Assembly: GCA_051294905.1 (NCBI GenBank)
Contig: CM119380.1
Span: 11,036,001-11,100,000, forward strand
Direction of reading: 5' to 3'
Source: Botryllus schlosseri
Taxonomy: Eukaryota
Length of the DNA: 64,000 nt
Under the pieces are notes generated by a model. That model was not told where the DNA came from and did not search any database. It saw only the letters and a program-made list of their open reading frames with translations. Position numbers and translations under genes: made by a program. This document shows positions 37,701 through 50,970 of the stretch, in pieces. Each line of letters starts with the position of its first letter. Position 1 is the stretch's first letter.

Positions 37701-38570
37701 CTTGCTTCTAGGAGGCAGCTGGCCTGGAAAAGAGGAGTTTATGAAAATACGTGAGATTGATCCGTAATATTGAAATATCTTTGTTGCAGTTCCGAGCTGC
37801 AACTCACCAGAGATTATTGTGACTTTTTAAATCGATTTGAAATAACGGATTTGATGATATCGACTAGATTTAAATCACGTTTGAAATCAAATGTAGGCCT
37901 ATATGCTCTATCAGGGGTGTCAAATTCATCTTCAGTCGTGGGCCCGACCAGTCAAATGATTCCCAAATGTTAACTCCAAATCCATACTGTTTTCACTGGA
38001 ATGCTGCAGTATCAAGTCTATACACACTCGCCCAATACATTATACTACGGAGTCTTATGACTCAACACTCAAGCAACGCCGTTATTTGCAATAGATAATA
38101 AATAGATGTATCACAGCAATGTATCACAGCAATGGATGTTGTAAAGACCGCGAGAGGAATTTTCTAATACTTTCCAAGTTTCACGAGATTTGTACAAATT
38201 TCAGTCATTATATCGAGGTTGGACTTCGATTTGATTTGAACAGCCTTTGTATTTGTATTTGGAAGTGAAATTCGAGAAAATCATGGACTTGCGAATCTCC
38301 AGTTGCTAGTCGTTGTCGTTCGATCTCCATGGTTGCTTTCACGCTCGATCGCCTCCCGAACCCGGTCTCTGGCGGCCTCGCGCGCTCTCCGGAGTCTATC
38401 GGACGCGATCCGGGTCTCGATCCGAGTCCGGCGCATCTCCTTAAATGCGACAAGTTTTAAACCGACTGCAAATGTTTCAAAGAGAAAAGTCTGACCTCGA
38501 GCTTTCGATGCTTCTCGCACGCCAGGCAAACCGTCATGATCGCCACTAACGTCACAATCAATCTCTTCAT
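34768..38570 (-). CDS. Short-fibulin-like (fibulin-3/4/5 type) secreted protein, 425 aa
   Basis: Nine exons: 38570-38496, 38439-38289, 37723-37624, 36865-36723, 36234-36112, 35612-35493, 35434-35299, 35245-35054 and 35005-34768 (1278 nt in frame). They encode a signal peptide MKRLIVTLVAIMTVCLA, an Arg-rich segment, a modified EGF with a 31-aa insert between Cys4 and Cys5, three cbEGF modules (DIDEC, DVDEC, DVDEC) and a fibulin-type C-terminal domain. The exon 2 donor (A|GTCCAT) is weak but phase-compatible. Confidence 0.88.
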
Positions 38571-38627
38571 ATTGCGATCGTCGCGTCGCTCTACTGGTTA
38601 GCAACAAACAGCAACTACGCTCAAGTA

Positions 38628-38916
38628 AGATAACTAACCTGCGGATAGATATACAACACCCGTCGTCACGCTTGCTTGCCCAGTATCAATTACTGCTCAG
38701 CAATCTGGAAGCAACATAATTGCTAGTCCCATAGCGGACGGCCCGACAGTTCAACTTAAATAAAGTTGATCTTATTCGAAAGCTACTGTCGCGCTGGTTC
38801 CGAAAATATGCATCAGAATTTCATCAAGGCGATGCAACCGGCCCGAAATAGTCTTCAAAGTCTTAAAATCGGCATTCTTCTAAACAATTGCAACGATCCG
38901 TATAGGTTAGTTATCT
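38628..38916. mobile_element. MITE-like inverted-repeat element just upstream of the fibulin-like start codon
   Basis: Terminal inverted repeats AGATAACTAACCTGCGGAT / ATCCGTATAGGTTAGTTATCT. A collapsed copy of both ends occurs at 42113-42147. Confidence 0.6.
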
Positions 38917-41900
38917 ATAGTTGAAGCCACTGTTTCTGCACGAGAGTCGCTAGACAGTTGATTGGCTGCCCGCGATTTTGGGATGAATTACTCTACTCTG
39001 CTTGTGCTTCCTTACATCAACAAAGGCTCATCATTTATGATTGCTTCAAAATCACGGTTGGGCATCGTAGCATTAGGGTCGGTTGGCAATGAGGGCTCTA
39101 AACAATTTATAAACGCCATAAATGATGACATGTTCAATTGTTCATGGCCAACCCTGATTAATGATCTTTATGTTGTTGTGGATGAGAGAGTAGGCGGTCA
39201 CAGTCGAATAAGTACTCAATTTTCAGCTTTTCCAAATTACGTTGTAATTTAAATCTGTATAATCCGAATTGGGGGACAATTAGAATTACTGGATTCGCAA
39301 AATAAATGCAACAAAACTCAAGTTGACTACATATCAAATCAGAGAGCGCGTTTTCAGGAGAACCAGAAATGGGATAGAATTAGAGATATTTCTAAAGTTA
39401 TATTATCGAAATTTCGCTCTAATTAGTGTCAACTAGATACTGAAGTAATGTAATTGTCCAAGTAACTCTCATACAACAGCTGATTGCGAAGTAGGCTATC
39501 TTATCTGAAAAGTATCAATTCTTCGCAGCATTTAGCTACGAATTAAGCACGATATATATTGGGCTATCATCTGACTGATTGCTGAATAAGATCGTTCCTG
39601 TTTTTTCAAATTTTCTGATTTTCCAGATTAAATCACAATCAGAATTATAGCAATACATTTTTCCTGATTATAGTTTACTACTAGAAATACCGAGTTCGCA
39701 AAAGAAATGGGCCTGCAACAAATATCAGGTTGACTCCGTATAAAATCTGAGTGCATAGCAGCAACTTTATGGGCATTTAGGTACGATTTACGGCGTAAAG
39801 AGAACCAAGATGTTGATTACGCTCTCATCTGACTGATTGCTGAGCACAACCTGTTTGAAACAGAAAATCAGACCACTGCAGCTTCAAATACGCCTCCACC
39901 CAACGCATCGCCAGTTGGAATACAGTCACCGACAACTCCATTCGAGAAAACAAGCAAGATGAATGTTGACACGGGAATGTAAAAGTGAAGTCGAGGTAGC
40001 AATCCGTTTTAATTTTAGCCAAGATCGATTTGAACTTTGCGCGAATTCAGAACCGGCTTTCGTGGGAACATTTTTGTTTTTCTAAAAATAGAACTTGCGG
40101 TAGTTTCAAAGCGGCTGGCGCTGTTTCGTAAACACTTATTTGTTACGACAGAGAGACTCTGTCGCAACAGACGGCAACGGTAGTGATGCGTTTGGTTACT
40201 TTTCGATATTCGTAATGTTTCGACTAGGCCCCGATCTATTATCGTTTTTTCCGATAATATCGATTCGATATCACACTTTAAAATAGAATTCGGCATCGGT
40301 CATTGAAGGATAAAAATATAGGCGATTTCGTGACGCCCGAACACTAGCGATTGCGAGAAGTAGTTCTGCAACTGCTCAACTGGGAATATTGATATATTCC
40401 TTATAGGTTACAGGCTGTAGTAGTGAAAATAGTCATCGCCGATAGGCTACTCTATAGTAGAAGTAGAATTAACGATTTCTAAGTAAGTAAAATCAAAATA
40501 ATCTAGGCCGAGTTTCGCATAAAAAAATGAAAACTGGTAAGTACAAGTTAAGAGTAATCTTAAGTCATAACTAATCGAGTATTTCGTGTAAGTAGGCTAA
40601 GACGACTTGAGTACTCTAAATAATGCTCTGCAGCATTGGTTCTCAAACTTATTTGCCGTGTGGCACACAGGAACAAATATATGACGCGCGCGGCATACTT
40701 ACGATGGAGTGAAAATCGATCCCCGGGATAATGCGGTGGCTATGATTGTTTATAAAAACATATATTTGACTGAAAAGTTGATTAATAATATTTGTTGACA
40801 AACATACCCGCTAATAATAATTGTTGACAAACATACCCGCATTTCGTCGTTTTCCAAGCATGGTCTCTCGGTTACGATTTCAGATAAAAAGGTGTTCATA
40901 TACCCAATGCCGTATACAAACAATAATAAAATTTTGATTGCACTTGTGGGGAATATGATTTTTTGCGAAAACGACGATTAAAAAAAACGGGGCGTTTCGT
41001 AAATCACTGAGCTGTTCTTCTGCGAAACAATTGCTTGATTTATGGCTTCCAAATGGATTGAGTAACCCCCTATATTGTTTGTTTACAGCAAATCTTGCGA
41101 AGCATATTGTTGAAGTTGGTGGAATTACAAAAGTGTGCTCATGATTTGCGACACGACTGCTAGTTTATTAGTTGATTTGAAATTAATGAAAAGAATTGGC
41201 TGCTGAAGAAGTTGGACCGTCTTTTTAGTCGCATCTATCGCCTTATGTTCAATATTATACGTTATTTTTGTCCCAATCCCACGAAGGCTCGCAGCACCTC
41301 TTAGAATATATGGCGGCGAACCAGTGTGCCGCGGCACACAATTTGGGAGTCGGAACTCTGGATTTTTGGAAATGCTAGAAGGCTAAATATGCACTGAGTA
41401 AGGTGATTGACACCGGTTTATGGGTATAGGCTCAAAAATCCGATGTCAGTCTGGCACCAGTTTCGTCTATCCAATTGACATTTACATCAGGCCGATATTC
41501 TTTATTATGCGTACAAATTTTTAACGGGGCCAACTTCTAGGCTTCAGATGAAGAATCCTCCTGCTCGATTGCAGCTATCACTGGAGTCGGACTTGGATCG
41601 ATATATAATATGATTTCTGTTCGAGAAAATGGAATCCGGAACTTTATTCCATCTTTTATGTTAAAATGTGGATCAAACAATTCTGCACAAGGTTGAGCAT
41701 TATTGATATATTCGAATTCTACCAGCGCATCGAAGCATTATTTTACGGCAATTCTTGGTAATGGTGGTGTTTTGCAGATACAGCCGATACCAAATTCGCA
41801 CAAAACATCGAAGTAAACAAACTGAAACTCACTTTTAAACACTGGTACTTGCAGCGGTCAAACGTGCCATCAACAAATCTCGCCATGGAAACCCATAAAA

Positions 41901-42738
41901 TTTTATACAAAATAGGCATTTTCGTGCGTTGTGAAGACACCAAGGCAGCGCATGTACTGCGATAATAATTCATACAGATATAGAAGTAGGTTATATATTC
42001 ACGTATTTCAAGCGTAAAATCGCTTGAAATGGCTAGTACCCAGCGAAGACAAACAATGATGTTTTCGTTCCGATTGATGTTTGCAATCGAACACAAACGC
42101 TGTCGGTATATTTATAGATTAACCTGCGGATGTTAGTTATCTATAGTAGGGCTATATTACTGCGCCGGAAAAACTAATCTGAGTACCGGTACGAGTAGAT
42201 GCCATAAATATCTCATTCGACACCGAGCTAAATTCTACGATTGTCTTCAAAACGCCGCGATTTTTACCGAATAACCCCAATGTCAACCGATCGTAACTAA
42301 GTCGCAACCTTAGCTACCGAGACATACCTACGTCCGTATTGCAGCCGCAAACGATATCTATCTAATGATGCGTAACGTACCTTGATTGATGCTACCGTGT
42401 TGCTGGGACATGCTTCGGTACTAACTGAAGTTTTGCTGATTCCAGGCTCACGGCTGGCAAGGTATGGATTTTGTTGGTGTTTCTGTGGTACTTATAGATT
42501 TCTGTGACGTTCTAAATTACATATATTATTCTTATTATATGATATATTGATAATATATTTTCCTTAATTCGTTTATTACTTTTCGATGCCAATGCAGGGG
42601 TTTATAAGCGCAAAAGTTTACGATTCGAGATTACAGCGATTGATCGCGACGTTATAGGCCTACTCGAGACGGCTGTTGATCTAGTTGCAGTTACGCGCCA
42701 AAACACGGACAGCAATCACATGCACTTAGAGCTTAGAG

Positions 42739-43430
42739 CAGCTTTCTCAATTTTGGCCGGAAGCGGATCAGTACTTTTTTGATCCGGCTACAGTGGTTCT
42801 TATACTTTTTAGACCGCGACCCAAATCTGACTCTTAGTGGTATCTCGCGACCGAGCAACACACACCAAAATGAATGCAGTTGGGTGCTGACCAATTATAT
42901 CAATAACGAAGGGTTTGGCCATCCAGCGACGGTCAATTATCGCCACCGAACTTTTTGGCACCGCACTTTGCCCAGCCGTATGTTGGCCCAACGTCATATA
43001 TTCATGTGTCCAAGCGTGGACGGGTTTTGGCCTCATAAACCGGTAACCGCTCGTTGTACAGCTCTACACCAAAGCGTCCCAGGTCTCCGACGGTGTTTTC
43101 CAGAGAAACCAATGTTGAAAAAATCTTATCACGAATTCAAGCCAATTTGTTTAATACAAAGGTCGGCACATTTTCATGATCAAGTCATGTTGTGGTGGCG
43201 ACGTCTCCGCGTGTCTCACTTATTGGCCGTGGTACCAAACTCAGTGACCTCTGATATGCTAGAACCAACTACAGTAAATCGCGCGAAAAGCGAATATATT
43301 TTTGTTGTTGCAATGATCTCTAATAATATTACATACATATTAAAGGACCGCTCTGGTACCTTCGCGACCCAAAATTATATACCCTTCGCGACCTATGTTT
43401 GGGTCGCGACCCATACTTTAAGAACCACTG
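42739..43430. mobile_element. CAG-type hAT MITE
   Basis: Ends CAGCTTTCTCAA / TTAAGAACCACTG with GGTCGCGACC subrepeats; degenerate TSD GCTTAGAG / GACTAGAA. Confidence 0.6.
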
Positions 43431-44134
43431 GACTAGAATAACTGCTTGGACCTACCCCCACTCTCGCAAATGTTATCCATAAATTGGTCATCGTGCGCAA
43501 CTATTGGATTTGTAAAATTCGTCCACTCGCAAGGTGATTGAAGACACTACTTAGTTGGCATAGATTATATACATCGGCTAGTGGCGCTGTCGTAACACAC
43601 GCATCGGCGCTCGCCTATCTTTGTTGAATAAACCAGCACAACGTTACTAGTGTAAGAAGTTATGCTAGTGAAATAAACACGTATGGCTCTCAACGTGTGT
43701 GCTGCGGTAACCTGGGTTCCTGATTGGACTGCTCAGAGGCACTGCGAGGAAATTACAGTCATTCAATTTGTGGGCGCCATTTATATATATATACTTTGGG
43801 GAAGGGAAACACTCCAGCAATAGAAAAGTGGATTCTTTGAAGCAGGGACTGGAAGATGCGTAATACGAGGAAATAAGAGAATATGTGAAAAATCGTACAA
43901 TAGTGGACTTAATTAGGCAATTGATCCGCTGCCACACCGTCCTTATGTCTTGGATTTGTCCAAAATTAGTCCTTAGTTAGTTGATCTTATGTCCGGCAAG
44001 TTCAAGCTCAAGTTTATTCATAAAATTTCATCACTTCAAAACATCACAAGACTGCAATACAATGAATGATAGAAAGATGCCGAAACGGCTAGGAGTATAT
44101 AGTCTTAAGATCAGACACCCACCTGGGCCTAGGC

Positions 44135-46711
44135 CAGTGGTTCCCAACCTTTTTGTCTTCATCCCCCACTTCAGATTTATTCCGAGCCTTCATTCCCCAC
44201 CAGGACCGTAACAGCACTTCGTCAGCCCCACCAAAAAACGTAGATCTTGAGCCCCTACAGGGTGACAAGCCTAACGAAGCCCCCAGAACCCCCTCATCCC
44301 CGCTGAGCCTGTACGCTTTTTTCCGCTACTTATCAGCCACATTGGGTATACTGTTCAGTGCGTCGCCTTCTTTGGACCAAACGCGCGAAGCGCGAAAAAT
44401 TTATATAGTTTGTGTTTGAATCGGTAGATATGATCGGGAATTGCATATATTTTGTTATCAATTTTTTATCTCCTCTCTGACCACGTAATCATATTTACCG
44501 GTAGAGCTGAGTGAGGTGTGTTGGAATAGGTAGGACCCCTAAATAACAATTAAACATTTTCAGGCGGACCCGTTGGTATATTGACTTCATTACATTATGC
44601 TATTTCGTGACCTCCTATATCTGCTATGTCAAAATATTGCCCAAACTAAAAAGCACACACGGTTTCAAATTAGTATTGCTTTACTGGCAAATAATTTTCC
44701 CTGCGGTATGGCATTTGCCCTGTGGGGTTCAGATCGCCAGGACAGGAACATTCGGCGCCAGCCATTTACCGCCTATGGACAATTAAACACACGGTCACCT
44801 CAAGGCCATTCCTTCTCGGCCAAGGTCTTCTCGCTGCTGATCATTCTGGCACACTTTTCGGAGTTGCATGTTACATGGTCTTGGTGCGTCGTGGTGCAGT
44901 AATAGCCGACGCCGATGTCTACATTTTTATAAATTCTTCTATTTTCGTGGGGAAGGGTACCGAATATTCAGATATTCGGCAATATTAAATCGCGCACCCA
45001 TCGCAAAAGTTTTTTGATGAAGTGGCATAAATTTCCAAAAACATACTTCAATTTGTGTTAATTCACGAAATAATATGGGGCCTTTTCGAGCTCGCCCCCC
45101 CCCCTAATTGGGGGGTGCGGCAGTTACGGTCCTGCTCCTCACTACCCAGCACATTTGTCATCACAGACCAGCTATCTGCTGGTTTGACTGCACAAGACAC
45201 ACAACCACACCAGTACGCAAGACAATCGCCTTTAACTTAGGGTTGCCATACGTCCGGAATTTCACTGTTCAAACTAGCGTCCGGGAGGAATTTCTAAAAT
45301 ATGCCAAATGTCCGGAATTTTGACGTAGGCTCATAATTTTTTCGTAAATCAGCATATAAAAACAATATTTTTTGGGAATATTTATGCTGATGCATGATAC
45401 TTTTCTTCGCGGCGCGGGCGATTTACTATCACATTTATTGATTTTAATATGGAGACTGCCACCCTCGCAACAACTGCCATCAAATATAAATAAAAACAAC
45501 CTTCATTTACTGGAATAAGCCTAATTGCAATCGCAATTATAAGAGAACGGTATATTCCTAGAGATCGTTAAGGCCGTTTAAATGCTTCATTCAAAGATAG
45601 TGTTTCCAAACGGGGGGGGGGGGGGGGTCGTTTGCCTTTATTCTGGGGTTTGCGAATATGTTGAACGTGATCAGCTTCCAAAATAGCCCGTGAGTAAGTC
45701 TGGGCCAAGGATAGATCGAGTTCTATATATCCCTGGTCTGGGCAAAGGTGCTGACTTCTTTTAGTGATCAGTTCGTCAAATTTTGATCTGGGCCACGGAA
45801 CATTTTCAAATTGGAGATGGAGTTGCGACCATAAAAGGTTGGAAACCACTGGATGTGGGGTGTTTATAAAGCTCCGTGGTGCGCACCGGCATAATGCTGA
45901 TAAACAATCTTATCGGTAGGACATGAACATGACTTAACGATGTGCAATTACGCTCGCTGTATTTTCGAACTCATCATCCTCACCCAGCTCTACCGCTAAC
46001 TCTGATCATGTGGGCGGATAGTAGTATCTATATAGTAATATATGGAACGACCAATAATATTGACAGAATTCATTCAAATAATTTAACGACCAGATGTATA
46101 TAGAAACCAGATTCATATACCAAGCACCCCCCCAGAATTTGCATTGATTACCCTATAGAGTCGGCTCAAAGTCATTGTTCGTTTGGGCGGGAAGGGGCTG
46201 AAAACATGTGCTTTCGGCCCGGTTACACAACACACAGCCACATACTCCTGACCCGGGTCGTGACCACCTCTGGTATATGAACAAAGCTTTGCTAGTGTGA
46301 CGTCATAAGTCATATTGAAATCCGCTAGTGGGCGCTGAAAAGTGTCCGGAATTTGGGTTGCTGAAATATGGTAACCCTACTTTAACTGCAAGATAAAACG
46401 TATTGTGAACTGATACCAGTATCGCTCAAAATTTCGCGAAAGCGTTATTTCACGTCAAACTAGTCGTTCTGGATTCGTATGCGACGCCATCATTGGCCAT
46501 CCAGAGTTCAAAATGAGGTTTTGTGAACAACACGCAATATAATTTTCAATACATACCTTCCAGAGCAGTTACTTGGTAACAGTAAATGCGCATGTGTCTC
46601 CGTGAATATGTGGACTGTCCTAAATATAATTTTGAAGAAATGCGTCTATTCGCCACAAGAAATCATTGAATTCCACATCAGTGGGGAATTCCCACCGTTT
46701 GGGAACCACTG
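44135..46711. mobile_element. Non-autonomous hAT element, 2.6 kb
   Basis: TIRs CAGTGGTTCCCAA / TTGGGAACCACTG; perfect TSD GCCTAGGC (44127-44134 and 46712-46719). Confidence 0.92.
45238..46379. mobile_element. Non-autonomous hAT element (TAGGGTTG TIR) nested in 44135-46711
   Basis: TIRs TAGGGTTGCCATA / TATGGTAACCCTA; perfect TSD CTTTAACT; same family as 59709-61715. Confidence 0.93.
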
Positions 46712-48654
46712 GCCTAGGCGATGTAAATAGGAGGCATGCACATTGCACAGTGCACACTGAATGAAAGTAAAAGAAGATAATATGAAGTGGCAAGCGATAA
46801 AATCAGGTGGCAAGTGACGGAAAGCGAGATCGATATGTCAGGTCATGGTCCGGTACATTATGAGGGCTGACTAGTATTTATTCAACAGAAATTGCTTGTA
46901 TTTCGACTTCAATGTGGACATGCTCGACGACTGTCGGATAGCCAGCGAGATACTGTTCCACACTTCAGGTCCGACATACTTGATAGAACGATGATCTTTT
47001 TTGTCCACCATATGATAGTTGGACGACGTGGACGCGCGTGTGTCGTACTTATGCACTTTTGATACGGAGGAAGATAAGTCTTTTAAGTATTCGGGCAGTG
47101 GTCGCAGTGGGACTGATACATAAACTTTGCAATTTCTAGTTTCCGCATATCTTTTATGTTTAGGATACCGAATTTTTAGAGCAGTGCAATGAGGCCGTGA
47201 TTAGAACTGAGTGAAACGGACGACCTTTTTAGTCATTTTAGTAATTTACTTGGACATTTTTATGTGGTTCGACTACTGAGAGTTTTTGGCTTTCCTTAGT
47301 TTTTGGTCCATGTCGCTGGCAACCTTGTTTAAACTTGACCTGGCTCGGTGGTTCTCAGCATCTTTTTGCTCGGTGCATCCCCTGATAGACGAAAATAAAT
47401 CTTGGCATCGTAGCATTCCAGAAACTTGCATGAGTACAAGAATTTGGAAGTTAATGACTGAGAAGAAAGGGTTGCCAGCCGACGATACATCACTGTACAA
47501 AGCGACAGATTCTGACTGTGTTGACTGGATGCCACGAATGAGTTTTGTCCCTTCCAGAGGGTGTAGCGAGGTGATAAAGTTTGAGAGCTACTGACATACA
47601 GGCTATATACGAAGCATCCATCACAATAGCAGTAAAAGCACTAATTGTTTATTACTGGTCATTATTGGTACGAAAGTCTGATGCAATTTCTGTTTCTGCG
47701 TATGCAGATATTTATATTGTGTTTAAGTGATGCATTCCTGTCTCACGACCTGAGACTATGCTTCTATAACTAGATGTGTTGCCGGATATGGAGCACATGT
47801 AAAGCGAAAAACCTATTTGACGGAAATATCGCTCTACGCTTAGTATTATCTAAAAGTCTTCGGATAGCAAAAATTTCAACATATGAAACGCTATATACAC
47901 AGACTATATTTAGAATTTTTCTCCGGTCCATACTACTCACACCTAATGTACGACTATAATCTGTAAGACAAGGATATTGACACCAGCAAGATTCATACGA
48001 TACCCTTCGCATCGTGGACGACGCCTTGCTAGAATTGCGCGAATTCCTCTACCCGAGGATGGCTTACCCCGTTCCAATGCGGCTCTGAGGTTGTTCATTG
48101 TTCAATGTTCCTGCCTGATACGAATCTATTGTAATCTATAGTCTAGTAGCTTGTTTCTTCTTTTAAGGTATATTGAATGATTTTGGTCATCAATCGCTTT
48201 CGGTCAGATTATGAGCGGCACATTCGGTCATGAATATATCGTGAAAGAACTTTCTCAGTTGTCTAATGGCCTACGAGGCCATGGATATTCTGTAAAGACG
48301 TAAGCAATTGAAATGCTGCACATCTAACTTGATTCCGGAAGGAGACTCGATGCCAATATACGAAGGGTCATAAAGTTGCGATTTTGTCCTGAATCGCAAT
48401 GGATAGGCTAGTGTAACAACCTTCTGTATAGGGTTTACTGAACGCGAAAACACATTCTTTAGCGACATGTGATCCGAGTGACAGAATTTGGACCACCCTG
48501 ATTTGCGCAAATAGCTCTCATGGAAAAGACAGATTATTATATTTTATTCAACTCTGTCGATGTTGTGTGATGAAATGAAGAAAGCAATACGAAATATGAA
48601 ATTTGGTAACACGCCAAAAGTTTCGGATAAACATACAAGTTTTCCGTGTTTCAT

Positions 48655-48770
48655 CTATTTGTTTGTTTTTGTGTTATTCGTGGTGTTTGTCGACTGCTAT
48701 GGTGATTTACACCAGGCCTATACTCTTCATTTTTATTCTGTAACTCCCGACTCATAGCACGGCCCACTTC
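48655..48770 (-). repeat. SINE/LINE-like 3' end, second copy at about 50150-50265
   Basis: Shared core gtcgact...tacaccaggcc...tcatttttatt...ccgact..tagcac.gcccac. On the minus strand it ends in (CAAA)-like tails. Confidence 0.5.
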
Positions 48771-50970
48771 TAGGCTCATTGTAAGACAACGCTTACGCGG
48801 ATGAGGTGGCGAGGAGAAGCCTAGATAAACTTCGGTAAACTTGGGTACAGGAATTCTGAAGTCGACCTGTGTCGGCTGCATATTTGGTAAATCAGTCACT
48901 AAACGGGCCTCTACCTATATAAATGCTTACCAGATCATGGAAAGTTGGGTGAAAGGTCTTTGAAAAGTACGCGCACCCATCTACTGTATAAATGTGAGCC
49001 TGGACGATGCTTCAGCGCAATATGAGACACCTGACAGCGCTGATATTCTTTCCATTATTATAAGCCGTAATTTAAATTAATAACTAAAATCCAAAAATTC
49101 TGGATGTGAGTACTTGCTTGTCTAATGGATGCGTTTATTGCGAGATTAAATTATAGAGCACGCTGTGGCTCGTGCAGGCCTGAAAACCGACTTACGGCTC
49201 CGTTATGGAGCACTAATGCATGCTATTGTAGACCGTGTAGCAATCACTCCGCAGTAATAAGTAACAGCTCTGCGTTGGTACTTGGTCTGATAGTTTCAAC
49301 AAACGCATCCTGGGCATGTTTGTGTGTTTCCGATCTATCGATGGGACAAGTAATCTCAATAGCATTACGAAGCTTGAGTCTTATAACTTTGGAGACGAGA
49401 TACACTGGTTTATACAGATGCGAACGGAGTGATCTCATTCGATGCTTGAGTAAGTCTGAGTAAGTACTGTTACAGTATATGCTGGTAAGAGTGGGTCAGC
49501 CACAATAACAGAGTGGCTGTATTGACGTTATAGGCTCGACAGGATGGCTGCGTATTTACAACTCGCCGAAATCACGAAATTGCTCGCGTTGCTTGTGGTA
49601 TTTATCAGCTCTTCTAGTAAGTATAATGAATATTTTTACTGCAGCTCTGAAAGTGTCGCATCAGCAGTCGCTTGATATCTATGATGACGCAGTATTTCCT
49701 AATTTGGATTACAATTCACCCCATGGGTATCGGCGCGTAAACCAATTAATTAGGATATTGTGTGGATATTTTAATTATAATGTTGAAACAGTCGCCAAAA
49801 TTTAGGCTACAATACCCACAAGACGGCATGCGTTAGTTATAATTAAAACTCATTACCAAGCTCAGTCGAATATGTCGATCGTTTCAACTTATGCTAACGC
49901 GTTAACGGCTAGTCGGCAACCCATCTCATTTCGTAAGAAATATCTAGAAACCCTATTCAGTTACACCAGTAGGGTAATTAAAACGACTCGCCGCCCGATA
50001 TGAGTTAGATGGCGATTTTGATGAAGTAAGCGATGTAAGCCGCAGTGGTGTAGGAGCATATACTGCCGCCCATGCATTTGTGAAAAATGCCGCCCAAATT
50101 TGGATATAGTTCCAACAATCTTTTCAATTATATTTATGGAAAGCATGCTCCTGTTTGTTTGTTTTGAGGTAGCCTAGTCATGATGTGTGTCGACTACTGG
50201 TCATCTACACCAGGCCAATTTTCATCATTTTTATTCCGAAGCTGCCGACTTGTAGCACTGCCCACAATCCATTGGTGTTGCAGCCGTGTATTATACCACT
50301 ACTGTATTTTGCCACAAAGCTTGCTTTGTTGACTTAAAAAAAAGGTCATCACCTCACGCAGCCTGCCACCAATGGCGCGGAGCCATATGCGCCATAGGTG
50401 GCTGCTACGCCACTATGTAAGCGAATTACTTTGACGATGTCAGATTACACTTTGGCAATGTCACGATCTACTATTGTCTAATGATGGGCAACGTGGGGCT
50501 CAGGAACGAAACAACACTTTATCACCCCCCCCACTCCCCGTAACGCTAGTCATGGGTACCGCATATGGTATTTTACACTATTAGGAGGCTCTATTCTAGC
50601 AACACCTTTATTCGCAAACAACGGTATTACTGGAAATTCAATTTGGGAGGCTGAATGCAGTTGTAACTGTTACATTATTCATGATGTTTCGAGTACATTG
50701 ATCAGTTTATATCAGGTTCATATTCGTTTTCACGATTCCTGAGCTGCCACAACTAAACGGCATGAGCTAGTTGTAGAGTTTCTAAACACTGATTACGCAA
50801 ATCCGGTATCGATTATATACCGAATTATACCTAGCCAACACTAAAATTGGAGTTCTGTAATCGACTTAATGTGTAGATTGGAGAATATCGGTAAATCCTC
50901 GGAAATACAATTCGATTTCCGAAGTTGCTCCCTCTTATAGGCAGTTTTTGTAGGGAGTGATTTATTAATT

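Larger units (their letters stand above)
43997..47170 (-). mobile_element. L2-like LINE 3' fragment split by nested hAT insertions
   Basis: 47170-46871 encodes LEIAKFMY...HKYDTRAS...SIKYVGPEVWNSI...FLLNKY*. The 3' UTR runs 46870-46712, resumes at 44134 and ends in AATAAA plus a (CTTGAA)-like tail. Confidence 0.85.

Noticed and set aside
41580-42100. Possible THAP-domain remnant on the minus strand
   Set aside because: The Cys/His spacing and AVP motif could not be assembled in any frame.
42779-43441. 220-aa ORF from the track
   Set aside because: It lies inside a MITE, starts at TTG and shows no recognisable domain.
47286-47594. ADDTSLY in a 102-aa ORF as a LINE RT motif
   Set aside because: A single short motif with no flanking RT motifs in order; could be chance.
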